Shown here piece after piece: positions 1 through 9,936 of a stretch of DNA of 64,000 nucleotides (positions within the stretch are counted from its first letter, which is position 1; every line of letters starts with the position of its first letter). The notes beneath the pieces are model-generated. The model ran no database searches and was not told where the DNA came from. It saw only the letters and a list, made by a program, of their open reading frames with translations. This DNA is from an uncultured Verrucomicrobiae bacterium. GTDB taxonomy: Bacteria > Verrucomicrobiota > Verrucomicrobiia > Limisphaerales > Palsa-1400. Made by a program: the position numbers and the translations under genes. The DNA lies in the NCBI GenBank assembly GCA_963702845.1, contig OY969763.1:2848001-2912000 (forward strand), read 5' to 3'.

Positions 1-117
1 GCCCGCCGTATCAATGATGCAGTGCAGCTTGTAACGAAGCCGCCGCCGAACGTAAGCGAACACCGCGCCGACTTCGTCGCGGCTCAACGTCTCCGATTCC
101 AAAACAAGTGGACCGAG
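1..117 (-). pseudogene. Fragment resembling the internal part of a primase/RepB-like protein; runs off the window edge
   Basis: Manual translation of the minus strand after the prepilin stop: LGPLVLESETLSRDEVGAVFAYVRRRLRYKLHCIIDTAG. It recalls ESDTL...VDTGGKSLH primase-like proteins (from memory, not searched) and has no proper N-terminus. Confidence 0.3.
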
Positions 118-832
118 TCAGTTTGAAGCCTTCACCGCTGCGACATGCCAGTCGAAGAAAAGTTCGTTGCGTATGTTGCCGTGCGCGGGGGCAGGCGCCA
201 GATACGAGTAATAGCCGGCGATGGTGACGGCGTTCTGCTGGTCGCTATCCGTCATCGCCCAAGACGATGATGGGATGTAGATTTCGTGCAAGCGCTTTGG
301 GAGTTCGTCGGGCTTGGTATATGGTGGAGATGAGTACGGATAGCCGAACGGCCTGCTCACCACCTCGGTGTCCAGGTTGGTGACGGTTGACGCGGCTACA
401 TAGCTCAACGGCACGTGGATGGACGCCGGGTCGGGGTCCACAGACGGTTTCCATTTCAATGCTGCAGTCGGGCATCGGGAAAGCAAGTTGGTCCTCGCCG
501 TCGAAGCGGGCGCGGGCAGCCCCATGTAAGTGGCGATGTAATAGGAGAGCCGAAGCCGGTTCTGATTATCGGTACTCTTCATAAAAGCCCTGCCAGACCG
601 GACCGGGCAATTGATCCCCATGTTCATCCGCATAGAGTTGAAGCGCCAAGCCAACCTGTTTCAGATTGTTGATACATTTGGTTCGCCGCCCTTTTTCCTT
701 GGCCGCGGCTAAGACCGGCAGCAACAGGGCCGCCAGAATCGCGATGATGGCAATGACGACAAGGAGTTCAATTAACGTAAATGCGACAATACGGTGTCGC
801 CGCCCTGCCGCAAATTGTTGGAACTTCCGCAT
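118..832 (-). CDS. Prepilin-type N-terminal cleavage/methylation protein (DUF1559/SBP_bac_10-like), frameshifted near 570
   Basis: ORF 566-877 has [23 protein letters not shown]...CINNLKQ. ORF 118-654 carries the rest, ending [13 protein letters not shown] (H-X9-D motif). AGGAG precedes the ATG at 832. Paralog of 31641-32336 and 61777-62493. Confidence 0.85.
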
Positions 833-877
833 AGCTCTCCTATACAGACGTTGGCACGTTGCCAATTCGTCGCTCAA

Positions 878-909
878 TTATAGATGGCCGCCAAAGTCAA
901 AATGTGACA
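878..909 (-). promoter_or_regulatory. Putative ECF-type promoter (TGTCACATTT-N11-GCCATCTATA)
   Basis: Same motif and spacing as upstream of the extended ECF genes. 22/32 identities with the region upstream of 31242 by manual alignment. Confidence 0.5.
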
Positions 910-974
910 AAAAAAACTTTGGCCAATCTAGCAAAGGAGGGATCAATCCGAAAAGTTAACATGGACCGAGAAGA

Positions 975-1061
975 GCTTGAGCCAACGCCGGTGTGCGTTG
1001 GCAGTTCCGCTATCGCGGTTGACATCAGGTGCCCGGCGTGGCTCAGCTAGAGTTGTTAGCT
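975..1061 (+). mobile_element. attC site 1 (left end degenerate)
   Basis: GAGCCAAC...GTGGCTCAG inner boxes and core GTTAGCT at 1055-1061, immediately before an ORF. Confidence 0.7.
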
Positions 1062-1069
1062 TTCTCCCT

Positions 1070-1432
1070 ATGACCAAGAAAGAAATCCTCGGCTTGCTCG
1101 CACCCAGCATCGTGTTTCTATGGGTGACTGTATACTTGTTTATTTATGCGGACCTTTACACCCCTGGCGAAAAGGATCAACTCAGGGCGATGCAGCAGAA
1201 GAAGGTGGCTGAAATGGTTCGGAAGGTTGAAAGCGGAGAATACCCACAGAAGCTCGAAGTGATACTTGCGGCGGTGTATCACCAGGAACATGACATCCAG
1301 GACATCGAATCAAAATTCCATGCGGACAAGGCGAGATGCACCGGCTGGTACATGTTGACGGGTATCGCGGCTCAGTTTTACGTCGTCTTTCGCGTCAAAG
1401 CCGGAAGGACCCGTGCCACGGCGAAAAGCTAA
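1070..1432 (+). CDS. Gene-cassette membrane protein (2 TM), hypothetical
   Basis: ATG 9 nt after the GTTAGCT core. The stop overlaps the complementary AGCTAAC (1427-1433). Confidence 0.75.
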   Translation: MTKKEILGLLAPSIVFLWVTVYLFIYADLYTPGEKDQLRAMQQKKVAEMVRKVESGEYPQKLEVILAAVYHQEHDIQDIESKFHADKARCTGWYMLTGIAAQFYVVFRVKAGRTRATAKS

Positions 1433-1520
1433 CTATCGCGCTGCACTCGACGCGGTGGTTACCTCTGTGTTACATATTGAACGTCACAGGCGCCGCGCGA
1501 GTGAGCGCGGGGCGTTATCC
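1427..1520 (+). mobile_element. attC site 2
   Basis: AGCTAAC ... GTTATCC. Arms cgcgct(g)cactcg(a)cgcgg / ccgcgcgagtgagcgcg form a 17-bp stem with two extrahelical bases, as in canonical attC. Confidence 0.85.
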
Positions 1521-1524
1521 ACCG

Positions 1525-2133
1525 ATGCGCGCACTAATAACACCGTATACTTTGATTCGCAGAACCGGTGCAACTCTGGCGATGATCGTTACGTGGGCAA
1601 TGTTATCAGGGTGCGCGACCGGAAAGATTTCCCGTCCCCCGGCTGTGGGAGAGAATCAGCTCCGTGAGCGTGCGGTAGTTGCTCCGCCAAACCCGAGTAG
1701 TGGTGATTTAACAAACCAGCCAACGAGTGTTGCCAGCTCCGCTGCGGAAGTTGGCCAGACGCCCGCAGTCCATCGGGCGCCGCTCCAACTGCAAAGCGTG
1801 AAGGCGCGAATGATCGAGCGGTCGAATTCGGGCGCTGCCTACGACAAGGAGCTTATCAGCCGCGTGAACAAACGGTGGGACGGCCTGATTTATACAGCGT
1901 CTCCTCCTTGGCCAACAACCGGGGCGGTATCGGTCGATTTCCGGCTCTTCCCAGATGGACACGTCTCCGATCTTCAGGTGATCAATACCACGGTTGACGA
2001 CCGATTCACGACGGTCTGCAAGCAAGCTATCTTTCAAAGCGCTCCCTTTGAGCCATACCCGAAGGCGCTGTGGGGTTCCGGTTCGAGCACGAACGGCTGT
2101 CGCATGATCCATTTCGATTTCAAGTTTCAATGA
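1525..2133 (+). CDS. Gene-cassette lipoprotein with TonB/TolA C-terminal-like domain
   Basis: Lipobox LSGC, a Pro-rich linker, then YDKELISRVNKRW...GAVSVDFRLFPDGHVSDLQV...CKQAIFQSAPFEPYP. Confidence 0.7.
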   Translation: MRALITPYTLIRRTGATLAMIVTWAMLSGCATGKISRPPAVGENQLRERAVVAPPNPSSGDLTNQPTSVASSAAEVGQTPAVHRAPLQLQSVKARMIERSNSGAAYDKELISRVNKRWDGLIYTASPPWPTTGAVSVDFRLFPDGHVSDLQVINTTVDDRFTTVCKQAIFQSAPFEPYPKALWGSGSSTNGCRMIHFDFKFQ

Positions 2134-2156
2134 ACCCCGGAGAGTCAGCCAGACCG

Positions 2157-2289
2157 ACCCAACCGCGCGCCAGACATTCTTCTTTAGCAATCGCGACTCT
2201 TGGCATTTGCAACGCCTAGCGTATTCTGTTGTCACTGGCTTCGGCTACGTCCCGCTCCAGCGGCTGTTGGCTGAGCTTGTGTGTTAGGC
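2157..2289 (+). mobile_element. attC site 3 (left part degenerate)
   Basis: Right end GCTGAGCTTGTGTGTTAGGC with core at 2283-2289. Candidate ACCCAAC at 2157-2163. Confidence 0.55.
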
Positions 2290-2311
2290 CGATGAGCACA
2301 TCACATATCGC

Positions 2312-2845
2312 ATGAATCGTTCAGCCCGGTTTGTTTTAGGCGTGGCGCTTGTGGCGATACTCCCGCTGTTGCGAAGCTTCCATATTGGCGGCAGTCGCAC
2401 GATCCAATATCGCGGTGAGACGTTCGATCTGAGCAAGGCGTATTTGAGTTATGAGGATTACAAGGACGATCCGAATAACCTTGCCACAAACGAGCGTTCG
2501 AGGATTGAGAGAGCGATCACGAACGCGCCCTTTCCTTTATCCTTTGCGAGTGGCGTGGATATGGCAGGAGCCGTAGTCCATCTCAAGTTTCCTGGTTACG
2601 GCTGCGGCGGTCATGGCAGTTTTCCTCAGAGCGACGGTTCGACGTGTTCGGTTTTCTCAGTCGAGATTCCGATGTGTGACAGAGAGCGTTATTTCATCGG
2701 CCGGAATTCGGGAGGCAAGGTTGCTGTTATTGATGATTTCGTGATGGCATCGGGCACGAATGAAATTACACAGGTTCGGATTGAAGGTAGGCGCATTTTG
2801 TATTACGACGGACGTGGAGTTTTGCTCCGAGAGAAGCAGATGTGA
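2312..2845 (+). CDS. Gene-cassette exported hypothetical protein
   Basis: N-terminal hydrophobic segment. Flanked by GTTAGGCCGATG (2283) and its exact reverse complement CATCGGCCTAAC (2853-2864). Confidence 0.75.
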   Translation: MNRSARFVLGVALVAILPLLRSFHIGGSRTIQYRGETFDLSKAYLSYEDYKDDPNNLATNERSRIERAITNAPFPLSFASGVDMAGAVVHLKFPGYGCGGHGSFPQSDGSTCSVFSVEIPMCDRERYFIGRNSGGKVAVIDDFVMASGTNEITQVRIEGRRILYYDGRGVLLREKQM

Positions 2846-2857
2846 CATGAGACATCG

Positions 2858-2911
2858 GCCTAACCAGAGCGCTCAGCGACGGCGGGTTGACGCTGAGCTT
2901 CGTCGTCAAAC
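2858..2911 (+). mobile_element. attC site 4 (short, core mutated to GTCAAAC)
   Basis: GCCTAAC, stem GCTCAGCG/CGCTGAGC, then a GTC-type core at 2905. Confidence 0.65.
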
Positions 2912-3114
2912 TGCTTCGCCCTTCCCCAACGCGCTCCATTTCCAATCGCGGATCTCCGGCATGTCGTCGCCGTGCTCGCGGATGTAATGTTTGTGTTGCG
3001 CTTGATTCGCAGCGGCAGCAGAACAATAGTCTCCTCAACCAATATGAACCAACCGTTCGTCTATCAAAATTACCGCGACACCCCGTCGCATAATCAGAGT
3101 TATTTTCAGAAGCT

Positions 3115-3531
3115 ATGAATATGAGGAATATTCTCTTTTTATTGGTGCTGGCGCTACTACCAGCGTGCAGTTCGGTATCTACTTATAAGTCGAGTCCGAT
3201 TGACATCGCACGCTCACCGACTGCTCTTCTCCGAATACAAAACGACACCGAGAACCTATCAAACAACCTTTCTGAGCGGATCAAGGACTTGGGCTTTACG
3301 ACGACGAGGGATGCTGGCCGAGTTGATTATTTCGTGGATGTGGATTACACGACCTTTTTTGATGTGGTCCATCAGACATTTAATCATTTTGACATCGCCT
3401 TCGTTGATGCAAAAACCAATGAGCAAAGAATCCGATCGCGGTATGTTGGCCGGATTGGATTCAATGGCTGCAATGCCGCTCTGGATTTAGTTTTCAAGGA
3501 TCTATCTCGCAAACTGAAGAATGGAACATAA
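3115..3531 (+). CDS. Gene-cassette lipoprotein, hypothetical
   Basis: Lipobox LPAC; AT-richer than the host genes. The stop lies in ACATAAC, and a near-complementary GTTATTT is at 3099-3105. Confidence 0.75.
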   Translation: MNMRNILFLLVLALLPACSSVSTYKSSPIDIARSPTALLRIQNDTENLSNNLSERIKDLGFTTTRDAGRVDYFVDVDYTTFFDVVHQTFNHFDIAFVDAKTNEQRIRSRYVGRIGFNGCNAALDLVFKDLSRKLKNGT

Positions 3532-3652
3532 CCAGCTCACTGGAGCCAACACCCGCTGCACTGAGCAAGTCAGACGGCTATTGGAGTCACAACTCTGTGG
3601 TTGCAGCTGCGAGCGCGCCGCCAGCGGTTGTGGCTCAGTTCTGGCGTTAGGC
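3526..3652 (+). mobile_element. attC site 5
   Basis: ACATAAC...GGAGCCAAC...GTGGCTCAG...GTTAGGC; same inner boxes as attC 1. Confidence 0.85.
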
Positions 3653-3661
3653 GACTTATTA

Positions 3662-4120
3662 ATGAAACAGAACCTACGCCTTATAACCTGCTTTGCGGTC
3701 GCTCTACTTTTTGTTGGCTGCGCGTCTTGGACCATTCAAGACAGCGCCGCACGCTACGCGAATCGCGATGCTAAGGCATCGGGCAGTCCTTACCGGTACC
3801 GGGTGCGTCACACACCGCAAGGTGTCGTGCTGGAGAAGTACCGCGCGACGCCGCCTAGCGTTGTTGCGGTACCCGCGAATCTTCAACAAACGGCAGGGGA
3901 TGCGAAGCTCACGCAAGACATCCTCGCCGACATTGCGCGCCTGCAGTCAGGGTGGGGAGACACTACTGTAACTCATCTGCTCGATGTCCAGGCACTCGGC
4001 AGCACCAAGGATGGAGTTAAAGAGTCGTGGTTTATCAAGCATGGAGATGGCGCGGTGCGTTATGATGTTTCGCTTACGCAGCGTTCGACCGGTGTCGCTT
4101 TTACTATCAATGTCCCATGA
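3662..4120 (+). CDS. Gene-cassette lipoprotein, hypothetical
   Basis: Lipobox FVGC. Bounded by GTTAGGCGA and TCGCCCAAC. Confidence 0.75.
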   Translation: MKQNLRLITCFAVALLFVGCASWTIQDSAARYANRDAKASGSPYRYRVRHTPQGVVLEKYRATPPSVVAVPANLQQTAGDAKLTQDILADIARLQSGWGDTTVTHLLDVQALGSTKDGVKESWFIKHGDGAVRYDVSLTQRSTGVAFTINVP

Positions 4121-4124
4121 TTTC

Positions 4125-4217
4125 GCCCAACAACAACGCTGCAGTGGACGGCGGGACGACGCTGTATTTACAATCCTCAAGTCAGTGGCCTGCCGCCGCT
4201 GAGCTAACATGTTTGCG
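4125..4217 (+). mobile_element. attC site 6 (core degenerate, GTTTGCG)
   Basis: GCCCAAC...GCTGCAGTGGACGGCGGG / CCTGCCGCCGCTGAGC...GTT. Confidence 0.65.
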
Positions 4218-4369
4218 TCCGCTCTCGATAATTCCAACGCTGGATTCCTTTGTCCGTTTGGCATGCTGGTCTGCGATCCGATAACGCAGTTCAACGTTGT
4301 CTCTATTGACTACCTTTGATAGACCAGTGCCGCGACAGACCAAAAATAAAAAGGAAAGAAAAACAACAC

Positions 4370-4903
4370 GTGAAAACTCATACTGCATCCAAAAACCTCC
4401 GACGCGCCCTCAGTTCAGCCATGAGCATAGCCCTCCTGACGCTCTGTGGGTGTGGTACAATCATTACGAGTGGAGACGGTCGGATACCTATCGCTTCGAC
4501 TCCCAACGAAGCCAAAGTCACGATCTACGACATGAATAAAACAGTGGTCGCTATTGGCACCACCCCTGTTGAAATTAAACTTAAAAAAGGTAGCGGCTAC
4601 TTCCAAGGTGCTGATTACCGCCTGGTTGTGGAAAAAACCGGCTTCCAAACCCGTGAGTTCAAGATCACACATAAACTCAATGGCTGGTACTTCGGAAACT
4701 TTTTCCTTGGCGGCGCCATCGGCCTCCTGGCCGTCGATCCTTTGACTGGCGGCATGTGGACTCTGTATCCGGAACGAGTCAACGTGCAACTGACGCCTGC
4801 TAGCGCCAGCATTGACGGCGTCAAAATCTCCGTGCTGACAATCGCTCAACTCTCAAATGAGCAGCGATCGCATTTGTTGCCGGTCCCACGCGCACGAAAT
4901 TAA
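4370..4903 (+). CDS. PEGA-like domain lipoprotein
   Basis: Lipobox LCGC, then TIITSG..IPIASTPNEAKV..GTTP..NGWYFGN..GGAIGLLAVDPLTGGMW. The start is uncertain (GTG 4370 or ATG 4421). Confidence 0.7.
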   Translation: MKTHTASKNLRRALSSAMSIALLTLCGCGTIITSGDGRIPIASTPNEAKVTIYDMNKTVVAIGTTPVEIKLKKGSGYFQGADYRLVVEKTGFQTREFKITHKLNGWYFGNFFLGGAIGLLAVDPLTGGMWTLYPERVNVQLTPASASIDGVKISVLTIAQLSNEQRSHLLPVPRARN

Positions 4904-4919
4904 TTCGGCAATTTGGTTC

Positions 4920-4949
4920 AAGCGCTATGCTTCGGCATAGCGCTTTTTT
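4920..4949 (+). terminator. Intrinsic terminator
   Basis: AAGCGCTATGC-TTCG-GCATAGCGCTT followed by a T run. Confidence 0.85.
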
Positions 4950-5083
4950 GGTTTTGATCTCCCGCGCCAGAGATTTGCAGCCTTGGACTCCGGTCTCTTT
5001 TGCAGAAGCGCGCCACCTTTAAAACCCTTGTTCCCCTTGTAAAAATATGCGAAACGTTATCGCATATTTATTGTTAGGGCTCA

Positions 5084-5377
5084 ATGACCAGCACACTGAA
5101 ATTCAAACTCACGATTGCAGCACTCGTGGTTGCAGGGCTTGCCTTTTTGGAGGGAATGTCATTGCTGTGTTACTGCCCCGGCCCATTCATGTTCGCTTTG
5201 CCTTTCGCATGTGCAGCTATACTTCTCGGTCCTCGGTGGTCGCTTCGAGTCATCGGCATTTGTTTATGTGCTGCGAGCATCGCGATGGCCGTTCACCAAT
5301 TTCACCGCAAGCAGCACCTCGACGCGATCATTAGGGCCGCACAGGCACACGCAACGACAAACTCTATCAGCAAATGA
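5084..5377 (+). CDS. Small membrane protein (3 TM), possibly cassette-derived
   Basis: Hydrophobic ORF that starts 5 nt after GTTAGGG (5073-5079). Confidence 0.55.
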   Translation: MTSTLKFKLTIAALVVAGLAFLEGMSLLCYCPGPFMFALPFACAAILLGPRWSLRVIGICLCAASIAMAVHQFHRKQHLDAIIRAAQAHATTNSISK

Positions 5378-5399
5378 ACATGACACACTAAAACCGATG

Positions 5400-5560
5400 C
5401 AAGTGTCGGTTCTCACTATTTACACAACTTCTGTTTTTGATGGCTCTTGGGCGAGCGGATTTGACAGGCAAGTCCAACTGCCCATCTCCAGGTTCTCGGC
5501 GATCCATTTTACCCTCATTGTTGTTTCCTTCGTAATCTGCCCCCAAAAAGTATTGCACTT
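5400..5560 (-). pseudogene. Remnant 3' end of an IS200/REP-associated-type transposase
   Basis: Manual translation gives KETTMRVKWIAENLEMGSWTCLSNPL*, followed by AATAGTGAGAACCGACAC. This resembles the ETTMTLKWIAERLxMGSW C-terminus recalled for verrucomicrobial Y1 transposases. Confidence 0.5.
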
Positions 5561-5687
5561 TGGAAACGTTAAACTGCGCCATACCGGCCCCGCTAGTGAG
5601 TCGTCACCAGCGGTCGCGACGGTTGACGGTCATATCCCACGCCCCTCGATCCGGAGAGACCCATCGCGTTCTTCGCTCCCTTCGCAT

Positions 5688-6149
5688 CCTTCGCGCGAAA
5701 TCGGCTCAACTTGCAACGCTTGACACATGTCGTGACTTCATGTTAAACCTTGCAGCCGCCGGTGCATGCCGGCCGCCTGCGAAGGCGAATGTTCTTTGAA
5801 ATCACAAAACCGAGCCAAAGTGGCACTGAACACGTGTTGCCGGCGGGTGAGCCGTTTAGGAGAAACAAATGTTTCTCCAAAGTTTCTCCAAAGTTTCTCC
5901 AACCCTTCTCCGAAGTTTCTCCATGTTTCTCCAAAGAGAAACAATGGGAAGGAATGAGCAACAATGAGCAACATTTTTGAATTTTTCCCGGTTTCCGAAT
6001 TTCGACCCATTGACACCCAAAAAAGGAGAGGTAGTGAATCCGGAATCAATCACAAAAATGCGGTTCATGACGCTTTTTGACGTCTAAAACGAAATAATCG
6101 GTGGTTTGAAGCCTTCGCGCGAAATCGCGTTCAACTTGCAGCGCTTGCC
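5688..6149. repeat. Direct repeat pair (~37 bp) at 5688-5724 and 6112-6149
   Basis: ccttcgcgcgaaatcggctcaacttgcaacgcttgac versus ccttcgcgcgaaatcgcgttcaacttgcagcgcttgcc. Confidence 0.7.
5870..5935. repeat. Imperfect 11-bp tandem repeat (AAGTTTCTCCA, about 6 copies)
   Basis: Seen directly; flanked by inverted GAGAAAC copies. Confidence 0.85.
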
Positions 6150-6239
6150 CCCTTCGCGTCTACTGCAAGACCGCAAAGGTCACTGACGTTTGGACTTGTC
6201 TGCGCGGTTTCGATACCTAACGTTGTGCCCGGTCCGTTA

Positions 6240-7530
6240 ATGCGTTTGGTTTATAACATTCTGTTCCCGATTTTCTTCGTCCTCAGCGCGCCCTTTTATT
6301 TCCTGAAAATGTGGCGGCGCGGCAATTGGCAAGCGGGTTTCGGCCAGCGCTTCGGAATCTATGACGCCACCCTGCGCAGCACCAGCGGCAAACCCTGCAT
6401 CTGGTTTCACGCCGTCAGCGTCGGCGAAGTCGGCATCTGCGCTCAACTGTTGCGCGAACTCGCCCCAAAACTTCCGAACTACGAGTTTGTTGTCTCCACC
6501 ACCACTTCCACTGGCATGGGAGAACTGCAACGATTGATGCCGCCGGCCGTCCGCAAAATTTACTATCCCTCGGATTTCTACTTCTCCGTCCGCAGGGCAC
6601 TGAACACCTTTCGCCCAAGCGCCTTTGTTTTGGTCGAAGCCGAACTCTGGCCAAATTTCCTCTGGCAAACGATGGATCGCCGGCATCCCGATGTTTCTCA
6701 TCAACGCCCGTTTGTCCGACCGCTCCCTCCGCGGCTACAAACGATTCAATTTCATCTTCGGCCCCATCTTCGCCGCATTCCGCGCCGTCGGTTGCCAAAG
6801 CGACGCTGATGCCGCTCGTCTGAAAGAACTCGGCTTCCCCCCCGAACATGTCAAAGCCGTCGGCAACCTCAAATTCGACGCCGCCAAACCCGGCCCCTCG
6901 AAAATCGACGCCGCCAAACTCCTGCAACAAATCGGCGTTCCATCGAATGCAAAAATTCTCGTCGCCGGCAGCACCCATGCCGGTGAAGAAGCGATCCTCG
7001 CCGGCACCTTCGTGCAACTGCGCGAAAAATTTCCCGACCTCTTCCTCGTTCTCGTCCCGCGCCACTTCGAACGCACGAAACAGGTTTGTGTCGAACTCGA
7101 CAAACGATCACTGCGATACATCCTCCGTTCAGAAATCACCGCGCAAACAACGGCACGAGAACAAAAACCCGAGTGCCTACTGGTCAACACCACTGGCGAA
7201 CTGAAGGCCTTCTACGAAGTCGCAACGCTCGTCTTCGTCGGCAAAAGTTTAACCGCACACGGCGGCCAAAACCCGATCGAACCCGCCGCCCTCGGCAAAG
7301 CCATCGTCACCGGCCCCAACATGGAAAATTTTCGCAGCATCATGGCCGCATTTCGCGCCAACGACGCCATCGTCACTGTCCCCGATGCGGCCGCGTTGCG
7401 CGACAAATTCGCCGAGCTCCTCAAAGACGATGCAAAACGAGCACAACTCGGCAAACGAGCCCTCGCCGTCGTGGAGTCGAACAGCGGCGCAACCGCGCGA
7501 ACCGTCGACCTGATAACCACCAATCTTTGA
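6240..7530 (+). CDS. waaA: 3-deoxy-D-manno-octulosonic acid (Kdo) transferase, frameshifted near 6670
   Basis: IWFHAVSVGE, EAELWPN, GNLKFD, AGSTHAGEE, VPRHFER and GGQNPIEPA spread across two ORFs. Confidence 0.92.
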
Positions 7531-7625
7531 CGTCTGTCACGGTTTTGAATTGCCTTAAAAGAACCAACATGGCTCAATGACCATAAGATTGCCCCTGACC
7601 ACAACGTATCAACCTACCGTCCCCT

Positions 7626-9891
7626 ATGAAGCCCCAGTTCACTACACGCTGGTTCATCATCTCTTCATTAATAGCTGCGTTGGCCGCGCACGCCGGAAGT
7701 TTTCTCGGCGCAATTTTAACGACGACCAAGGGTCACTGGTCGGCTGATCACGATGCTCGACGGTGCGACCGTCGACATCACCGGCGGCCCCGACGGCAGC
7801 GGATGCATGAAAATGACTTTGGCGACGAACAACGTTGACGGAGGATTTATATTGCCGGACCTTGATCCCGGAAATCGCATCCAAAGCTTCGTAGCGACCT
7901 TCAATGCCACATGGGAAACGGCACCGCGACGCCAGCAGACGGTTTCGCATTCAACTTCGGTGCCGCTCCTGCTAACTCCACTTTCGGCCCGGCGGGAATC
8001 ATTTACGGGGCAGGTCTGACGGGAATCTCTGTCGGATTCGACACTTATGACAATGGCACCGCCGACGACCAGGAAGCGCCAGAATGCTGCGTGCGCATGT
8101 ATCTCACCCGGCAATTCGCCCCAACTCGTCGCGCGTCGCAAGCTGACAAACCAATTGAAGACAGGCGGCGGCTATGTTCCGGTCATGATCCGCATGAACG
8201 TCGGCGGAACATTGGACGTGTATTGGAACAACGTAGCCCTTTTCACCAACTTGTTTTTGACCGGGACCGAAGCAACCGGTTGGCGCTTCAGCTTCACCGC
8301 TAAAACCGGCGGCTTATATCAAGAGCATTGGATCGACGATCTAAACATCACGACAGTGCAGCAACCGTCCTATCGCCACTACGTCAAATCCGCCTATCCG
8401 ATCGGCAATAATTCCCTCGCCAACGTCACCAATGCCATCGTGCAAATTCCACTACAAAACGACGTCGATACGAATCTGACCACAATGACATTCAACGGTG
8501 TTCAAGTCCCGATCACATGGACCAGCAACGGTGCGGGCAAACCAGTTGCGACCTACGATCCGCAAGGCTTGCCCCCCGGCTCTGTCAACACCGCGACGAT
8601 GAGCATTGTCGATTCCAGCGGGCCCGCCGAAGTGATGACGTGGACCTTCAGCATCACCAACGCGCCTTTATGGACCCTTGCCCCCGGTTCGCGACCCTAT
8701 CTTAGCGCAACCAGCGAAACCACGGTCCCAAAATGCCGAAGTCTAGCCTATAATCCATTGTCAAACGTCGTCTATATCGCCAGCAGAGAAACTGCCGCCA
8801 ACGGCAACATTTATGTCCTCGATGCCAATACGGGCGCTGATTTGTTCCAATTGAACACGGCAGTCGTCACCGCCACCGGCAACCTTCCATTAAACTGTGT
8901 TGCTGTGGGCGACGATGGCACCGTTTACGCCGCCAACGAACCGACTGCAAACCAAACCGGCATGATCTATCGCTGGCGTTTTCCGGATAGCAGCACCCCC
9001 GGCGAAGTTGTCTATCAAGGTGTGATCAGTGGTAGTTACCGGACTCTGGACTGTTTTGACGTGCGCGGGAATTATACGAACGCTCTCTTCCTAACCGATG
9101 CGCAACAGGCAGCCGTCTCCTTTCTGTTTACAACGAGTGACGGAGTCAACTGGACCCCAAATTCTTTCACTCATCCTTACACCGGAACGCAAATTGGGCG
9201 GCAAATACAATTCGGACCGACCAACACTTATTTCCTCAAAAAGAAACAAGCGTCCACCAGTACGCCTGCCCTTCCGTTAGACCTGCTCACCGCCTACAAC
9301 ACCACGCCGGGCGATCAGTCGAGCGCAACAGTTTTAAGCTCCGTCGCGGATTATCATTATCAACTCGGTGCAATGGGCATCGATATCAGCAACAATATCG
9401 GCGCCGGCGTGTTCTTTTCTTCCGTTGCCGGCGATTACGACCGTCTCTATCTATATGATCTCTCAAATCTCAACAGCCCATTGATGGTCGCCACCTACAA
9501 CGCCCCACTGGCCGGCAACGGTAGCGCCCAGCAATGCTACAATTTCCCCGTCGCGCACATCGCCAACGCCAACTGGATCGCGCAAGTCGCCATCGGCGGC
9601 GGAAAGATTTTCGCCATCGATGCCAACAACGGCATCATCGCCGTTCCGGAATTCCCCCCAGCAAAAACCATCATTGTCCCTCCGCCGGCCCCAAAAATGT
9701 CGGTGGTATCCAGCAACGGTTCGGTCGTGATCTCGTGGCCGGTCACGGGCGCTGGCGAAGTTTTGCAGGCAAACCCGACACTCGCTTCCGGAAATTGGTT
9801 GAACACCGGCCTCTCGCCTGTGACTGCAAACGGCACAAACACCGTGACCATCACTCCGACCAGCGCAAATTTTTATCGCCTCGCGAAGTGA
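7626..9891 (+). CDS. Large secreted protein: lectin-like N-terminus, DUF4623-like propeller, FYRL C-terminal domain; several frameshifts in the 5' part
   Basis: Signal peptide at 7626, PADGFAFNFG...VGFDTYDN, LWTLAPGSRPYL...RSLAYNP, ending NFYRLAK. Confidence 0.7.
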
Positions 9892-9936
9892 GCTGATTTG
9901 CAATTTAGAACGAATCCTGACAACTTGATTTGAAAT

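Noticed and set aside
880..975. Integron integrase or attI at the head of the array
   Set aside because: The divergent gene is a prepilin, not a tyrosine recombinase, and no convincing attI is visible.
5870..5935. Possible CRISPR array (also 34450-34698)
   Set aside because: Units are 7-11 bp and head-to-tail with no unique spacers; no cas genes.
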